Below, piece by piece: positions 12,919 through 26,869 of a stretch of DNA of 64,000 bases. A program made the translations under genes and the position numbers. A model generated the notes under the pieces. That model was not told where the DNA came from. It did no database searches and was given only the letters and a program-made list of their open reading frames with translations. The stretch is from positions 62,001 to 126,000 of the forward strand of contig CBFDEM010000064.1 in NCBI GenBank assembly GCA_965603825.1, in the 5' to 3' direction. This stretch comes from Blepharisma stoltei ATCC 30299 (taxonomy: Eukaryota > Protista > Ciliophora). Within the stretch, counting starts at the first letter, position 1; each line of letters begins with the position of its first letter.

Positions 12919-13605
12919 ATGGTTATATGATTTAAGCGATTTCTTAGGGATATTAAATGTTTTTCGAAATGCCCAAAATTAGTCAAGTAATGTTCAAATC
13001 AGAACAAAATTCCAAAATATCGTGAATTACTATAGAAATGAGCATTACTATTAAATAGTGATTCAGAAGTTTTATGTTCACTTTCTTATTGGGATAAACA
13101 AGATTTGTCACATGATGCAAAGCTTTGAGAGCTCATCTATAAAGAAACCCCTAACGCTATAGAAGTTATAAGAGGAAAATCGTTAGTGATGTTGGCCCAT
13201 AAGTAACTGGAAGACCTGAAGCTGAAAAGTATCTTAAATCATTTTATTAGAAGAATTGATGAGCTCTTACCTAGAGAACTTAGATTGTAAAAATATTACA
13301 AAATTATGAACAACTGACTTTTTAACATTAATAATAAAATTTAACTGGGAATGGGCTGAATTTGCTGCTTTATGTGACTGCATTAAATTGTCCTGGAGTT
13401 TTAGAATATCTAGAAACTAAATTTTGTAAAATGCTACCGTTCTTAATAATATGTAGACAATATTGGGATCGTCTATGAGGTTTTAATAAAGATCGTAAAA
13501 TAAAGGATCAAACAATTTTTTGCTCGAATTAAAAATCATTATTCAGCTAAAGATTTAAATCTGAAAGATATTAGCATCTACAATATTCCAAAAGTTATTT
13601 TTAAT
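12919..13605 (+). pseudogene. Degenerate RAP-A 5' copy
   Basis: Starts at the homologous ATG; interrupted by stops. Confidence 0.85.
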
Positions 13606-13651
13606 AGCATCTGCCTTTATTTTAAATCTGATTAGAGAAAGTTTTTTAACT

Positions 13652-15368
13652 TTAAGAGTCGTTCTGGTTAAAGCTGAACGCGACTTCAATTGGAAGCTGA
13701 GAAACATCCAAATCAGTTGTAACCTTGATCTGATTTACTGTCGATGATTTGATGCTCCAACTTCCTGTAGGATAAACGACTTGATTTTTCTTAGCTGTAA
13801 AAGAATCAAATGCTACCGTTTTCGAAAGCGGGTGAGCAAAATCAATAACCACATCTGGAGAGTCGAAACTCAATTTATATCCTACTTTATCCACTCTGCA
13901 CGAACTCCCATCTTGGACTATTACATCAGCACACTTGAAACAAATAGGACTAGTAGTGCATAAATTGCACGAATCGGCACATGCTAAATAAATCTTACAA
14001 ACACAGCTTGTTTTAGTCACACTTTCATCATAAAGGAAATATCCTGAATTGCATTGAGTGCAGACGTCACTCGAAGACCAAGTCGCGCAATTAGAAGGAC
14101 GATCTAAATAGAAAAATACCTTTAGTGCATGAGCCTGCATTAAGCTTATAGCCATCATTACATTTTTTACAAACTGAGCCGCCTTGAGAAGCACAAGCAC
14201 AATCAGGGACTGAATTAATTGGGTAGCAAGAGCCACAGCCAACAGCAGCTCCACTAGAGCAGGTTGTGCAAGTAGTAGCATCAGAGGCCACATCACAATA
14301 CTGCAGATAAGACTGTATACACACTCCTGTTCCGTTGGGGAGATATCCAGTTGAGCATTTCTTGCAATAAGTTGGATCTGATTTTTTAACAATATCGCAA
14401 TGAGAGAGTGATGAAGTGGAGCATTTGCCTTCATCATTAACTATATTTCCAGCTGAGCATGAGGTGCATTTTTTATCTGAGTTGCAAGCGGTGCAAGCTG
14501 TATCAATCGTGCTGCATTCGCTGCAATCCTTAATGCTAGAATCCCAGAATTGAGTGCCTGTGCATGCTATTTGGGCACAGGTGGCACCACTAAGGTAATA
14601 CCCACTCACACAAGTTTGACATGTACTTGTTTGAGAATTGACCACTTGGCAATTTGAAATTGATGATTGAATGCAACTGCCTAAACCATTTGGTAAATAT
14701 CCTCCCACGCATTTGGTGCACGTGTTGCTTCCTGAACATTCTTGACAGTTTGCGTCAAAACTGGAACATGCTTTGCAACTGTTAGTATCTTTATAATACC
14801 CTGCTTTGCATACATTGCAAGCTAAAGTAATTTTATCGCAAATATCGCAGTTTGGATCATAGCATCTCGAGCAAGTAAAGTGCATAGTTATTCCATATCC
14901 TGAATTGCATTTTGTACATTTTCCATCATCAGAGCAAGTAAAACAATTGGCTACTAAGTCACTACATGATGCACAGCCTTGATAATAGCCAACTATGCAA
15001 GAGTCACATACAGTCTGTGCAGAAACAAGAGCGCAATTTCTCATATACGACATGGTGCATCCACCATTAGTGTTAGGAATATAAAGTTGTAGGCAAGTTC
15101 CACAAAGTGTTGTAGATGCACAAGTCTGGCAAGAATTTTGACCAGTTGTGCATGTTGGTGTTAGTTTTCTTTCTTTTTCTGTAACATTTGACCTTATTTC
15201 TTGGCTAGATCCTTGACTCTCGTTGTTTTGGAAAAGCTGGTTAAGAATCTCAGGATCTGTAGTGATAGCTTTAAAGTCACCATCAGAGCTTTCCTCGTGC
15301 TCAATGATGTTGTTTTGCATTGCAGAAACTTGAAGCATCAGAATAAGAATAAACACTGGCACCATCAT
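13652..15368 (-). CDS. Secreted CxxC-repeat protein, copy 2, ~561 aa
   Basis: ORF 14091-15368 with introns 14104-14119 (16 nt) and 13984-13998 (15 nt). Confidence 0.9.
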
Positions 15369-16199
15369 ATATTTTTATTAAGCATCATAGATAAGTGGAA
15401 AAAATCCTTATGTAAAATTCCAGCCTTAAGTCAAAATTAGGTTTATTAAATTTATTGTAGCTTGAAAAAGTTTTTGAATTAATTCTCCTTTGATTAGCGA
15501 AAAATTAATTCCCTTGAGTCCTTGATGCTTCTAATTTGGAATGGCAGAGCTTATCAATATTCCCAATTTTTCTTTTAAAGTTGGAACCTAAACTATCTTG
15601 GGCATTTACACAACTCCCTTTTTGAAGCATAGCTTATTCTGTTTCCAGTGCCTATAGCTTTCCATTCTATTTTATATAAACTTGCCGATGCCTATTTTAG
15701 GTGGTTCGGTTCTAGAACCATCTTTTTTGTAAGGCAACAAAATTTTGTTGAAGTCTCTTTTAACTGAAGTCCATTGATAGCATTGTCAAATCGAATGGAA
15801 ATCAAATTGAGCAAATAAAGTATAGAATTTTAATTAGATTCTAAATAAGACTAGAGCTAAGGAAAGTTAATTAGTTTTTAGAAATATTTTTCATAGAACT
15901 GGAGGCAATGCCAATTGACAAATTTACTAAGCTTAAGCTGAAATCTTCTTGAAAATATCTTTAAGAAGATATAATGCATATCAATGTCTCTTCATAATAA
16001 ATTCTAAATATTTTTGACTTTTAATAAACAGTTCATTTCTATCGATAAATTTCGCCAATACCTAAAAATTGCAAACCAAAAATTGACATAATGTATAAAA
16101 ATAATTTTATTTATGTAATAACTCTCGTCAAGCGATTTAAAATTAACTTTCATTTGCCCTTGAAGATTTGCATTTAAAATTTTACTAAATAAAGATTAA

Positions 16200-17550
16200 A
16201 TGGCTATATGATTTAAGTGATTTCTTAATCAAGCTAATGGGCAATATTTTTTAGGGAGTATGGGATATCAAATCTTTTTCGTAAATTGCACAAAATGAGC
16301 CAAGTAATGCACAAATCAGTGTAAATTCCAAAATATGGTGAATTACTATAAAGATACACATTACAATTTAATAGTGACCTAGAAGTTTTGTGTTCACTTT
16401 CTTATTGGGCAAAAAAGATTGGGTCGCATGATACAAAGCTTTGAGGGCTCATATATAAAGAAACCCCTGACGCTTTAGAAGTCATAAGAGGAAAGAATGC
16501 TATTGGCTCATGGGATAGCTGGAAGACCTGAAGCTGAAAAGTATCTTAAATCATTTTATTAGAAGAATTGATGAGCTCTTATCTAGAGAACAAGCTTAGA
16601 TAGTAAAAACATTACAAAGTCCTGAGCTACTAAATTTTTAGCAAGTGATTAATAATAAAATTTAATTGGAAATGGGCTGAATTTGCTGCTTTATGTGGCT
16701 ACATTAAATGATCTTTGAGTTTTAGAATATCTAGAAACTAAATTTTGTGAAATGCTATCTGATCTTAATAAAATGCAGAAATATTAGGATCGTCTATGAG
16801 CTTTTAATAAAGATCGTATAATCAAGGATCAAAAAATTTTTTGCTTGAACTAAAAATCATTATTCAGCTAAATATTTAAATCTGAAAGATATTAGCATCT
16901 TAGTGATATCAAATCTTTTTCGAATAATCCACAAAATAAGCCAAGTAATGTTCAAGTCAGAAGGAAACTCTAAAATATGGTGAATTACTATAAAGATGTG
17001 CATTTATAATTTAATAGTGACCCAGAAGTTTTATGTGCACTTTCTTATTGGGCAAACAAGATTGGGTCGCATGATATAAAGCTGTGAGAGCTCATAAATA
17101 AAGAAATCCATGACGCTTTAGAAGCCAAAGAGGAAATCATTAGTGCTATCGGCCTTGAAGCTTAAAAAATATTTTTAAATTATATTATTAGAAGAATTGA
17201 TGAGCTCTCACCTAGAGAATTACCTGGGATAGTAAAAACATAACCAAACTCTGAATCTTTTAGCAAGCGACTATAATAAAATTTTAATTAAAATATTTAG
17301 ATTTGCTGCTTATGTGACTGCATTAAATGATCCTGGAGCTAGAAACTAAATTTTGTAAAATGCTACCTGATCTTAATAATATGACAACAATATTGGGATA
17401 GTCTATGAGGTTTTAATAAAAACCGTATAATGAAGTATCAGAAAATTTATGTGCTTAAATAAAAATCATTTATTCAGCTAAAGATTTAAATCTAGAAGAC
17501 ATTAGTCATCTTACAATTATTCCAAAAAATTATTTTTGGGGAATAATATC
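16200..17550 (+). pseudogene. Two tandem degenerate RAP-A 5' copies (~16200-16900 and ~16903-17550)
   Basis: The RAP-A N-terminal coding sequence occurs twice, with stops and indels. Confidence 0.85.
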
Positions 17551-17592
17551 TGCCTTTGTTTTTAAATCAGATTAGAGAAAGTTATTTAACTT

Positions 17593-19321
17593 TTAAGAGT
17601 CATTCTGCGTAAAGCTGAACACGACATCAATTGGAAGCTGAGAAACATCCAAATCAGTCTGAATCTTGATCTGACTTACTGTCGATGATTTGACACTCCA
17701 ACTTCCTGTAGGGATAACTGCTTGACCTTTAGTAGCTGTAAAAGAATTAAATGCCACCGTTTTCGAAAGTGGGTGGGCAAAATCAATAACTGCATCTGGA
17801 GAGTCAAAACTCAATTGATATCCTACTTTATCCACTCTGCACGAAGTCCCATCTTGGACTATTAAGTCAGCACACTCGAAACAAATAGGACTAGTAGTGC
17901 ATGAATTGCACGAATCGGCACATGCTAAATAAATCTTACAAACACAGCTTGTTTTAGTCACACTTTCATCATAAAGGAAATATCCTGAATTGCATTGAGT
18001 GCAGACGTCTTTCGAAGAGCAAGTCACGCAATTAGAAGAGCAAACTAAATAGAAAAATACCTGGAGAGCATGAGTCTGCATTAAGCTTATAGCCATCATT
18101 ACATTTTTTACAAACTGAGCCGCCTTGAGAAGCACAAGCACAATCAGGGACTGAATTAATTGGGTAGCAAGAGCCACAGCCAACAGCAGCTCCACTAGAG
18201 CAGGTTGTGCAAGTAGTAGCATCAGAGGCCACGTCACAATGCATTAGTTGAGACTGTATGCACCCTCCTACTCCGTTAGAGACATATCCAGTTGAGCATT
18301 TCTTGCAATAAGTTGGATCTGTATTTTTAACAATATCACAATGAGAAAGTGATGAAGTGGAGCATAAGCCTCCTTCATTAACTATATATCCAGCTGAGCA
18401 TGAAGTGCATTTTGCATCTGTGCTGCATGCGGTGCAACCTGTGCTAATTGTGCTGCATTCCTTGCATTGCTTGTTGGCACCATCCCAGTATTGAGTACCT
18501 GTGCATGCTATTTGGGCACAAGAGTTAGTAGCATCAAGATAATACCCGCTCACACAAATACCACATTTGCCTGATTGAGAATTGACAATTTGACAATTTG
18601 GAACTGATAATAAAACGCAAGCGCCTAATTCATTTGCTAAATATCCTCCCCCACATTTGGTGCACTTGTCATTTCCTGAACATGCTTGACAATTCGGGTT
18701 AAAACTGGAGCATGCCTTGCAACTGCTAGAGTCTAAATAATACCCTTCTTTGCATAAACTGCAAGAAGAACCTTCTGAATCGCAAGTATTGCAGTTTGAA
18801 TCTTGGCATCTCGTGCAAGCAAAATCCGTATTTACATGATATCCTGAATCACATTCTGAACATCTTCCATCATTAGAGCAAGTAAGACAACCGTCTATTA
18901 AGTCACTACATGATGCACAGCCTTGATAATAGCCTGCCTTGCAAGAGTTGCATACATCATCGGGAGAAACAAGAGCACAATTTCTCACCGTCGATATGGT
19001 GCATCCACCATCAGTGTCAGGAATAATAGTATATCGACTTGTAAAGCAAGTTCCACAAAGAGTTGCAGATGCACAAGTTATGCAATTAGCTTCATATTCT
19101 TTGCAACTTGGTGTTAGTTTTCTTTCTTTTTCTGTAGCATTTGACCTTATTTCTTGGCTAGATCCTTGACTCTCGTTGTTTTGGAAAGGCTGGTTAAGAA
19201 TCTCAGGATCTGTAATGGGAGCTTTAAAATCACCATCAGAACTTTCCTCGTGCTCAATGATGTTGTTTTGCATTGCAGAAGCTTGAAGCATCAGGATAAG
19301 AATAAACACTGGCACCATCAT
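17593..19321 (-). CDS. Secreted CxxC-repeat protein, copy 3, ~565 aa
   Basis: ORF 18032-19321 with introns 18045-18060 (16 nt) and 17925-17939 (15 nt). Confidence 0.9.
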
Positions 19322-19949
19322 ATATTTTTATTAAGCATTTTAGATCAGTGAAAAAAAATGTACTTATGTAAATATTCCAGCCTTAAGGCAAAATTAAGTT
19401 TATTAAATTTATTGAAAATTGAAACAGTTTTTGAATTAATTCTCCTTTGATTAGCGAAAAATTAATTCCCTTGAGTCCTTGATGCTTCTAAATTGGAATG
19501 GCAGAGCTTATCAATATTCCCAATTTTCCTTTTAAAGTTGGAACTTAAACTATCTTGGGCATTTACATCAGCTCCCTTTTTGAAACTCAGCTTATTCTGT
19601 CTCCAGTGCCTATAGCTTTGATTCTATTTTTTATAGCCTTGCTGATACCAATTTTAGGTGGTTCGGTTCTAGAACCATCTTTTTTGTAAGGCCAAAAAAT
19701 CATGTTCAAGTCTCTTTTAACTGAAGTCTATTGATAGCATTGTCAAACCTAGTGAAAATTAAATTGAGCACATAAAGTATAGAATTTTAATTAGATTCTA
19801 AATAAGGAAAGTTAATTAGCGTCTAGAAATGTTTTTCATAAAAATGGAGGCAATGCAAATTTACAAATTTACTAAGCTTAAGCTGAAATCTTCTTAAAAA
19901 TACCTTTAAGAAGATAAAATGCATATAAATATCTCTTCATATAAATTCA

Positions 19950-20046
19950 TTTGAATGCTATAGGAATATCAGATATAAAAAACTTTGAGATTTCGTTACT
20001 AAATTCTCTGGATTCTTTAGAAAATCAACAACCCATTGATAAATAA
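19950..20046 (+). pseudogene. 3'-terminal remnant of RAP-A directly upstream of RAP-B
   Basis: Matches the reverse complement of 50707-50820. Confidence 0.75.
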
Positions 20047-20063
20047 TTTAGTAATTATATTAA

Positions 20064-21668
20064 ATGGCAATTGAGTCAATCAGACAGTTTATTCATATCC
20101 TAGAAAAGAAGGATTTTATCAAAGAGGTCACAAGCATCTCTAAAAAACTTCAGCAAAACAACAGAGACTCAGCAGCAAAGCAAGCTTGGCAAAACTTATT
20201 AAGTAATTACAAAACCTATCACCAAAATTACAATAAAGATGCAGATCTCTTTTGCACAATGACGTATTGAGCCAAGAAGCTAAGCACGGATGACAACAAA
20301 TTCTGAGAAATCATTGATAATCAAGCACCACTTATAATAGACAGCTTAAAAGGAAGGCCACTAGGACGCTTAGCATATGGGATTTCAGGGAGAGAAGAAC
20401 CAGAAAAATTGGTTATCAACCATTTGATTAAGAATAGAGATAAGCTTTCTTTTCGAGAAATTTCAGAAATAGCTAAAATCATCCCCAAAAATGAGCTAAT
20501 GGAGCTTCTTGTGAGTAAAAACCCAAGTTTCAAAGTTTATAGTGACCAAGATTTATTGTTCTATGTTAGTTCAGTAACAAATATAGGAATTTTAAAATCA
20601 TTAGAAAGCAGCTTTTGTGAGTTACTTCCAAATATAAACGCTTTAGACACTTTTATAAGCATCTTGTATGAATTTTTCAAAAAAGACATTTTATTTGAGG
20701 CAAGTACCATGAATTTACTTGAGCAAAAAATCCTTGCTCTACTAAAGAATTTTGAAATAAAAGACCTTAATAATATATTAAAGGTACTTAACAGCAGTCA
20801 GATATCAGGCCGCTTATCATCTTCATTTTGGGATACTCTTGAAAAGAAAATTGAGAACTCCATAGAAGCTTTTCCTGTCTCTTCTCTTATAAATACTTGC
20901 TCATGAGGCTTATTTTTTAGGCCTAAACTATTTGAGACCTTAATTAATAATTGGCGATCTATTATTGATAGAAGAAGACAAAGGGATTTTTTTAGAGAAG
21001 GCTTTTGTTCTCTAGCGCTAACACCTTATTTTACTGAAGATTTGATGACTTGAAGCAAATACTGGATTTTAAGGATGATGAAAAAATTTGACGGTTTAGA
21101 TATATTGAGTATTATGAGAACACTTGTTATTATTAATAATTATGATACTGAAATATGAAATGCTTTGACAGATAAATTTTCACAAGAGTCTTATAAAACT
21201 TTAAAGAGAAAAGAAAAATCTGCAGCATTTTATATTGCACTTTGCCTAGACATTGATAAGCCAAGTGAATATTTGCAATGAAATAGAAAAATACTGGAAC
21301 ATATAGATGATGATTACAAAGTAGATAGAGTTGTGCATGAAAGCGACGAAAATGAAAATAAAATTCATTATTTTTTAAATACCCATGGCACTCCTGCTGT
21401 AAAGCATCTTAAAATTAATGATATTTATACTGCAAATATAGTTATACAAAGCAAAAAAATCATCATTGAATATTTGCCTGCACATCTTAACATTTCCCAG
21501 CATACTTCGCAACTAATCCCTAAATCTTTACAAAAAATCCGCCACTTAAGAGCCTTAAAATGGCATGTTATCTACATCTCTAACATGACAAATTTCGAAG
21601 AATCTCTGTCCCAAGCCATATCCACCCTTTCATCACAAAGAACTCCACACTTTATCCATATTATTTAA
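20064..21668 (+). CDS. Helical-repeat protein with C-terminal RAP-like domain (RAP-B), ~534 aa
   Basis: ORFs 20064-20270, 20409-20906 and 21333-21668 are one frame via TGA=Trp. C-terminal KKIIIEYLPAH...QKIRHLRALKWHVIYI is RAP-like. Confidence 0.85.
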
Positions 21669-21676
21669 CTAATAGT

Positions 21677-22216
21677 TTATTTAGTATAAGAAACTCCACC
21701 CATAAAAGTCCTAGGATCAGGGACATTCCCATTAAACTCTGCATTAGAAAAATCAAACCCAGGGTTTTCCTGTTGGAACCTTTCCAGCATTAACTGTTTC
21801 TGCACCTCAGTTTTGGTAAAAGCGTCTAGTTCTCCATGCCTTCTACAACAAGAAGCCCAGGTCTCTGCTTTTCTCATTTTTTGCAAATTAATGACAAGTT
21901 CGTCATTGTCTACCATTCAGTAGCTTTCTGATTTTACGACTGAGCCGCCTAGTTCTTCATTAAGGAAAGGAGGGTTAGGCCTGATCCCGATTTCTATATG
22001 GTCTCTTTCAATATTTACATAAAGCTCTGGAAGAGACTCACCTGGCTTTAAGTTAGCTCGCAGAGCTCGCTGGTTTTTAGGTAAAGCCCATTCTGGTGGG
22101 CGCAGATACATTAAGACTTCATCTAAATTCTGTTCCCATTCATAAATTACTTGGTCTCCGTGCTTAAACTGTTGGCGGCCTCGAGCTTTTTCTTTAATTT
22201 CTCGTGGAATTTCCAT
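21677..22216 (-). CDS. NUDCD2: NudC-domain (CS) co-chaperone, NUDCD2-like, 179 aa
   Basis: YEWEQNLDEV, ESY(W)MVD and LMLERFQQENPGFDFSNAEF motifs; TGA=Trp at 21917. Confidence 0.85.
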
Positions 22217-22266
22217 TTTCTAATACTTTTTTGTAATAGGCTAACATAAATCTTATAGAAATTAAT

Positions 22267-23076
22267 ATGGAAAATCGACGAAGACAGCCAAAGCAGCGTG
22301 TTGTAAATCCACAGTTCAAGGGTGGGATTAAAAATGCAGAACCAGAGGTCTTTGAAGGCTACAACATGTATCCAGATTTGCAAAATGTTTGGTCACGCAG
22401 TGCTTTTCAAAATCCGCGGGTTAACGGCAAGTGCTTAAAACTTGGCTTGTTGGTATTTGGAATAACTCTTTCTATTTGTTTGACATACCAAAACATTTGA
22501 CTTTTACAAGATTACACTGAGCGCGCTCGGCCAATTGAAATACGAACAAAAGAAATAGTTATGGAAGAATCCCTGTCTACAAGAGATTTCATCAACTACG
22601 CAGCAGACTTCAACAAAGCCGAAATCATCCTTAAAGAAACCACTCCAGCATACCAAAAGCCTCTTTTCAAGTTTATGAAGCAGAAAAATGCCCCCGAATT
22701 TGCTTTATCAGACATAAATTCCCCAGGCCACTGTTGGGCATTCCAAGGAGATATCGGGCATATAACCGTCCAACTAAACCAAGACATATACCCCAGGCAT
22801 TTTACAATAGTCCATGCATCATTAGCTGACTATAACACCGCTCCTAAGCACTTCTGCATATACAGTGTGCTCCCAAAAAGCATAGAAGAGTTAGGCTGCT
22901 ATGAATTAGACCTCAGCTCCGAATTAAATGCCTTCAAGCAAACATTCCCTTGTCTTTCTAACTGTGACACCCCTACAAGAAAATACAGACTGGAAATAAA
23001 GTCAAATTACGGCGCAGACCTAACCTGCCTTTATCAGCTACAAATCCATGGGGATCCAAATAGCTTAACTTTATAA
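22267..23076 (+). CDS. SUN-domain (Sad1/UNC-84) nuclear envelope protein, 269 aa
   Basis: One TM helix, then PGHCWAFQG...TAPKHF...SNYGADLTCLYQLQIHG; TGA=Trp at 22498. Confidence 0.9.
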
Positions 23077-23109
23077 TAGCTTAATAATAAATTTATCTTC
23101 ATATTTCTC

Positions 23110-25185
23110 ATGCCGACAAGAGGGATACTTGAAGTTTTGATTCATTCAGAAAGCTTTAGAAATATCGATTTATACTACCAAGGCCTTTATTTTATCCAAT
23201 TCACAGCGTATTTCAAAGACGAAACCTGCGAAGTCCATGCGATCCCAATACAAATCCAGCCATCAGAGCATATTTCGCATTCAAAGTCTTTGCACAATCT
23301 TTGACCTGCACAGATTGATGACGAAAACAATGCTTATATGACAAAAATTTTCCTTATAAGGTATTCAGACGAAACAGTCAAATGTGGAGAAGTCGGCATC
23401 TTTAGGGCAGAAATTGAATTTGACTTGACAATTGAGCAGATTCCGTTAATTATTGAAGCAGAACTGTTTTTTTCAGATTTAGAAGGAAATGTGGAAGCTG
23501 AATATATCAGAAAAATCATGAAAGACCCAGTGCTGGCACCTCAGTTTAAGTCTGTAGGAAATGCTCAGTTTAAAGTTGCGAACCCTTTTTTTGGAGTAAA
23601 TCAGATGATTCCTGTGATTTTTACTGATCTTTATTCATGTGTGCTGAATACAACTATTCATGTTTTGCTACTGGATTATAAATTTGATGCAGACCATCAA
23701 GCGGAAAGTCTTTTCCCGGAAATCCAAACGAAACTGAAAAGCAAAGCAATTGATAGAGCGTATGACACTTTTGTGCTGTTATTAGCTACTGTGCATAATA
23801 ATATAAGGAATTTAGTTAGCAAAGTGATGAAAGCTGAAGGGGCAAGATATAAAATTTCAAATATCAAGAAAAGAATAAAACTCCCTGTGCTGATTGGACT
23901 AAAAGAAGGACAAGAATATGCAAAAACTGATACAGGGGTAAGAAGAGCGCTTTTCAGTGAATGCATGACTGTGAGGAATAAACAAAGTGTGACTGATTTT
24001 ATTATTAATGAAATTAAAGAAGTGGCTGCCAATTTGTGCCAGATTAAGTATGATTTAGGAGAGGTATTGAGGCATAATTCTGAAATTGTGTTTGAGATAC
24101 TTCAGATTAAGTACAACACAACAATGAGGGAAAGGTGAGGCGAAAACATATATCGTGCCATAAAGCCTCTTCCTTACACAGTAATCGCTGACCACAACAC
24201 TCAAGATTCCCACAACAGTGTGGCTGAAGCTCGAAGAAAATCCAACTACATGCCATTTCTTGAAGCTTTAGAAGTAGAAGACCTAAAGGTATTTTTACGT
24301 CCAGATTTATCCACAATCCTCTTTGAAGACGTTTTTATCAGAGAAAAATTTCAAGATTCCTTTGATCCTATCTGCTATTCCACAAAATCTAAATTTGAGC
24401 CAAAAACACATTTATTTATACTAGTCCACGGCTTTATGGGCTCCTACTATGACATGAAGATTATCAAGGACACTTTGTCCTTATTTTTGCCAAATTCCTC
24501 ATTTTTTAGCTCTAGGGCTAATGAAGGAAAAACAGAAGGTAGCATTTTTGATATGGGGTATCAGCTAGCTATGGAGGTTAAAAGTATTTTAGAAGAATTT
24601 CAGTATAGAGCTATTAATAGGATCTCGTTTATAGGACACTCGTTGGGAGGACTTATTATAAGAGCTGCATTGCCACATCTGTCTGAGCTGAAGGAAAAGC
24701 TGAATCTTTATATGACTTTTGGAAGTCCACATTTAGGCTGCATTTGTGGGTCGTCGAAACTTATTGATGCAGGGCTTTGGCTGCTTGCGAAGCTCAAGAA
24801 GACTATAAGTTTACAGCAGCTGGCAATGACTGATTCAAAAAACCCTAGGAAAACTTGTATTTATAGCTTGTCGAGGGCTGAAGGGCTAGGATGGTTTAAG
24901 AAAATTATTTTGGTTAGCTCTTCGCAGGACAATTATGTGCCATTTGAGTCTGCAAGAATTGAAGCTGGAAAAAGTGCTTTTGAAGGTGATACTTTGCAGC
25001 TAGAGATGGCTGATGGATTAATTTCACAGATTCGTGCAGACTTATTATATAGGATTGATGTGAATTTTGGAATGAAAGATGACTTGCTAAGTAATATGAT
25101 AGGAAGAACTGCACATGTCCAAATGCTAGATAATCCTCCCTTATTGAATATGCTTCTCTATCTTCATCCAGATGCATTTTGTTAA
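23110..25185 (+). CDS. FAM135-like protein with DUF676 alpha/beta-hydrolase domain, 691 aa
   Basis: N-terminal FRNIDLYYQGLY; HLFILVHGFMG, GHSLGG and SPHLG motifs; three ORFs joined by TGA=Trp. Confidence 0.9.
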
Positions 25186-26153
25186 TAATAATAGTTTATG
25201 TTTAAATTATCACTCTATTCCATAGCATTATTGTTTTAGATAAGGCATATCTGTGAGTAATTTATCAGTGAAATTTATTATTTCTTTGATTGTCTAGCTT
25301 ATTCGATTTCCTTTATTAAAAGTTTGTTGGGGCTATATAGATAGCTATTTAGATATCAAATAAAATCGATGCTATTAATTTTTGCATGAGCGAAAGTCTC
25401 TAACTCCAAACCAGTAGTCCTGCGTAAAATCTTGAATTTTTATTTTTATTGTTTGATGCATATGGCAGATTTTTACTTATCAAGAAATCTTCATTTACTA
25501 ATTTTAGTTGCTTCAGCCTCAACTATCATTTCTAACAAAATATGCATCCCAAACCCCTTCTCAGTCTATTCAATTTTATAGGCTTAATAGTTCACAACAA
25601 TATTTTAAAAGAGTTATTAAGGTTGACTCCAAATATAGAAGAGCATTGACCAATTAGTGAATTAAAAAAATTATCTTATTTAAATAGTGAATCTAAAGAA
25701 CCTATAAATTTCAATTTTAAAATTTTTTGTTATTGGACATGGGAAGAAATTTAAGTCAATGAAAGATTTTTATGCATATATAATTGTAAAAGGGTAAAGG
25801 CTTTGAAAAGAGCTTAAGCATGACTAAGGAGCATCATAAATTTACAAAAACGATACTGGAATTAGGGTAAAGAATAGCTTGATTATAATTTACTTAATAA
25901 AGATAAAGAAAAAAAATTTAGGGGTCATCGTTAAGTCCAACTGTTAGAAAGAATACTCTGAATCTAAATGTGAGCTAAAAGCCGGCCAAAAAATGCTTTA
26001 TATTTAAATTAAAAATTTTATCTAGAGTGTAAAAATATAATTTATGGCCCTTTTTGTAAGATAATTACTTATTGGCATTAAGCTTGCAAGTAATCATTCT
26101 GCATAAACTGATATAAAGTATGGAAGCACACAAGTAGGCAATGACTATAGGAG

Positions 26154-26645
26154 TTAAGGGGTTTGGATCGATTTACCATATAATCTTAAGCATGATCATT
26201 AAGTAAACATAGAAATTTTTTCTTCAGTGAACGAGTGTTATTAGTCCAAATCAAATTTGACTCTCCATCATATTTTTGTTCTATAAAACGTCAAAGATAC
26301 ATTAAAAAGCTTATATTTTTTGTCTAATTATAATTATTTAAGTTATTCAAAATTAAAACATAAAAAGTCTGCTATTTAATCCAAAGTAAATAGTTCAGAC
26401 GCAAATCAAAATTTAGGGAAGAGTAAAACTATTTGAATTCTTGAGGAGAGTAAAAAGGTGAATGATTTGCTTATTTATGACATAAAAATGACAAAAAAGA
26501 AGCAAAAGTCCAATACATTTAAATAATGGCATAGGCATTGCTCAGCTTCCAAACGATGAACTGTTCTGTTTAGGCAGCCGATCACTTTCTGGAGTTCCAT
26601 TAGCAATTGACAGGAACTTGGGAGTTAGAAAGATTCCATCTGGTG
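26154..26645 (+). pseudogene. Inverted degenerate copy of kelch-like gene segment 36050-36560
   Basis: Clear reverse-complement similarity, e.g. IAQLPNDELFC(L/F)GS and the upstream ttagtccaaatcaaatttgactctcc. Confidence 0.8.
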
Positions 26646-26869
26646 TATTTATTCCACAGAAATGCCTATTGCTTCGGAGGATATTATAGAAATCCTGGTA
26701 GCTTGGCTCTTTCTTGAAGATTTGACTTGGACAAAAATCGATTAAAAAAAATTTAAAATTTCGCAATCTGATTGCACCAGCTATAGTGTATTATTTAATC
26801 GGAAAAGTTTAATTTGTAAAGATAAACAATAAAGTTTTTTGTATTCAATTTTATAACACTCTTACTAAA

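Noticed and set aside
13652-14437. Separate overlapping genes such as MMKANAPLHH... and 17593-18237
   Set aside because: These are off-frame extensions of the spliced 3' exons.
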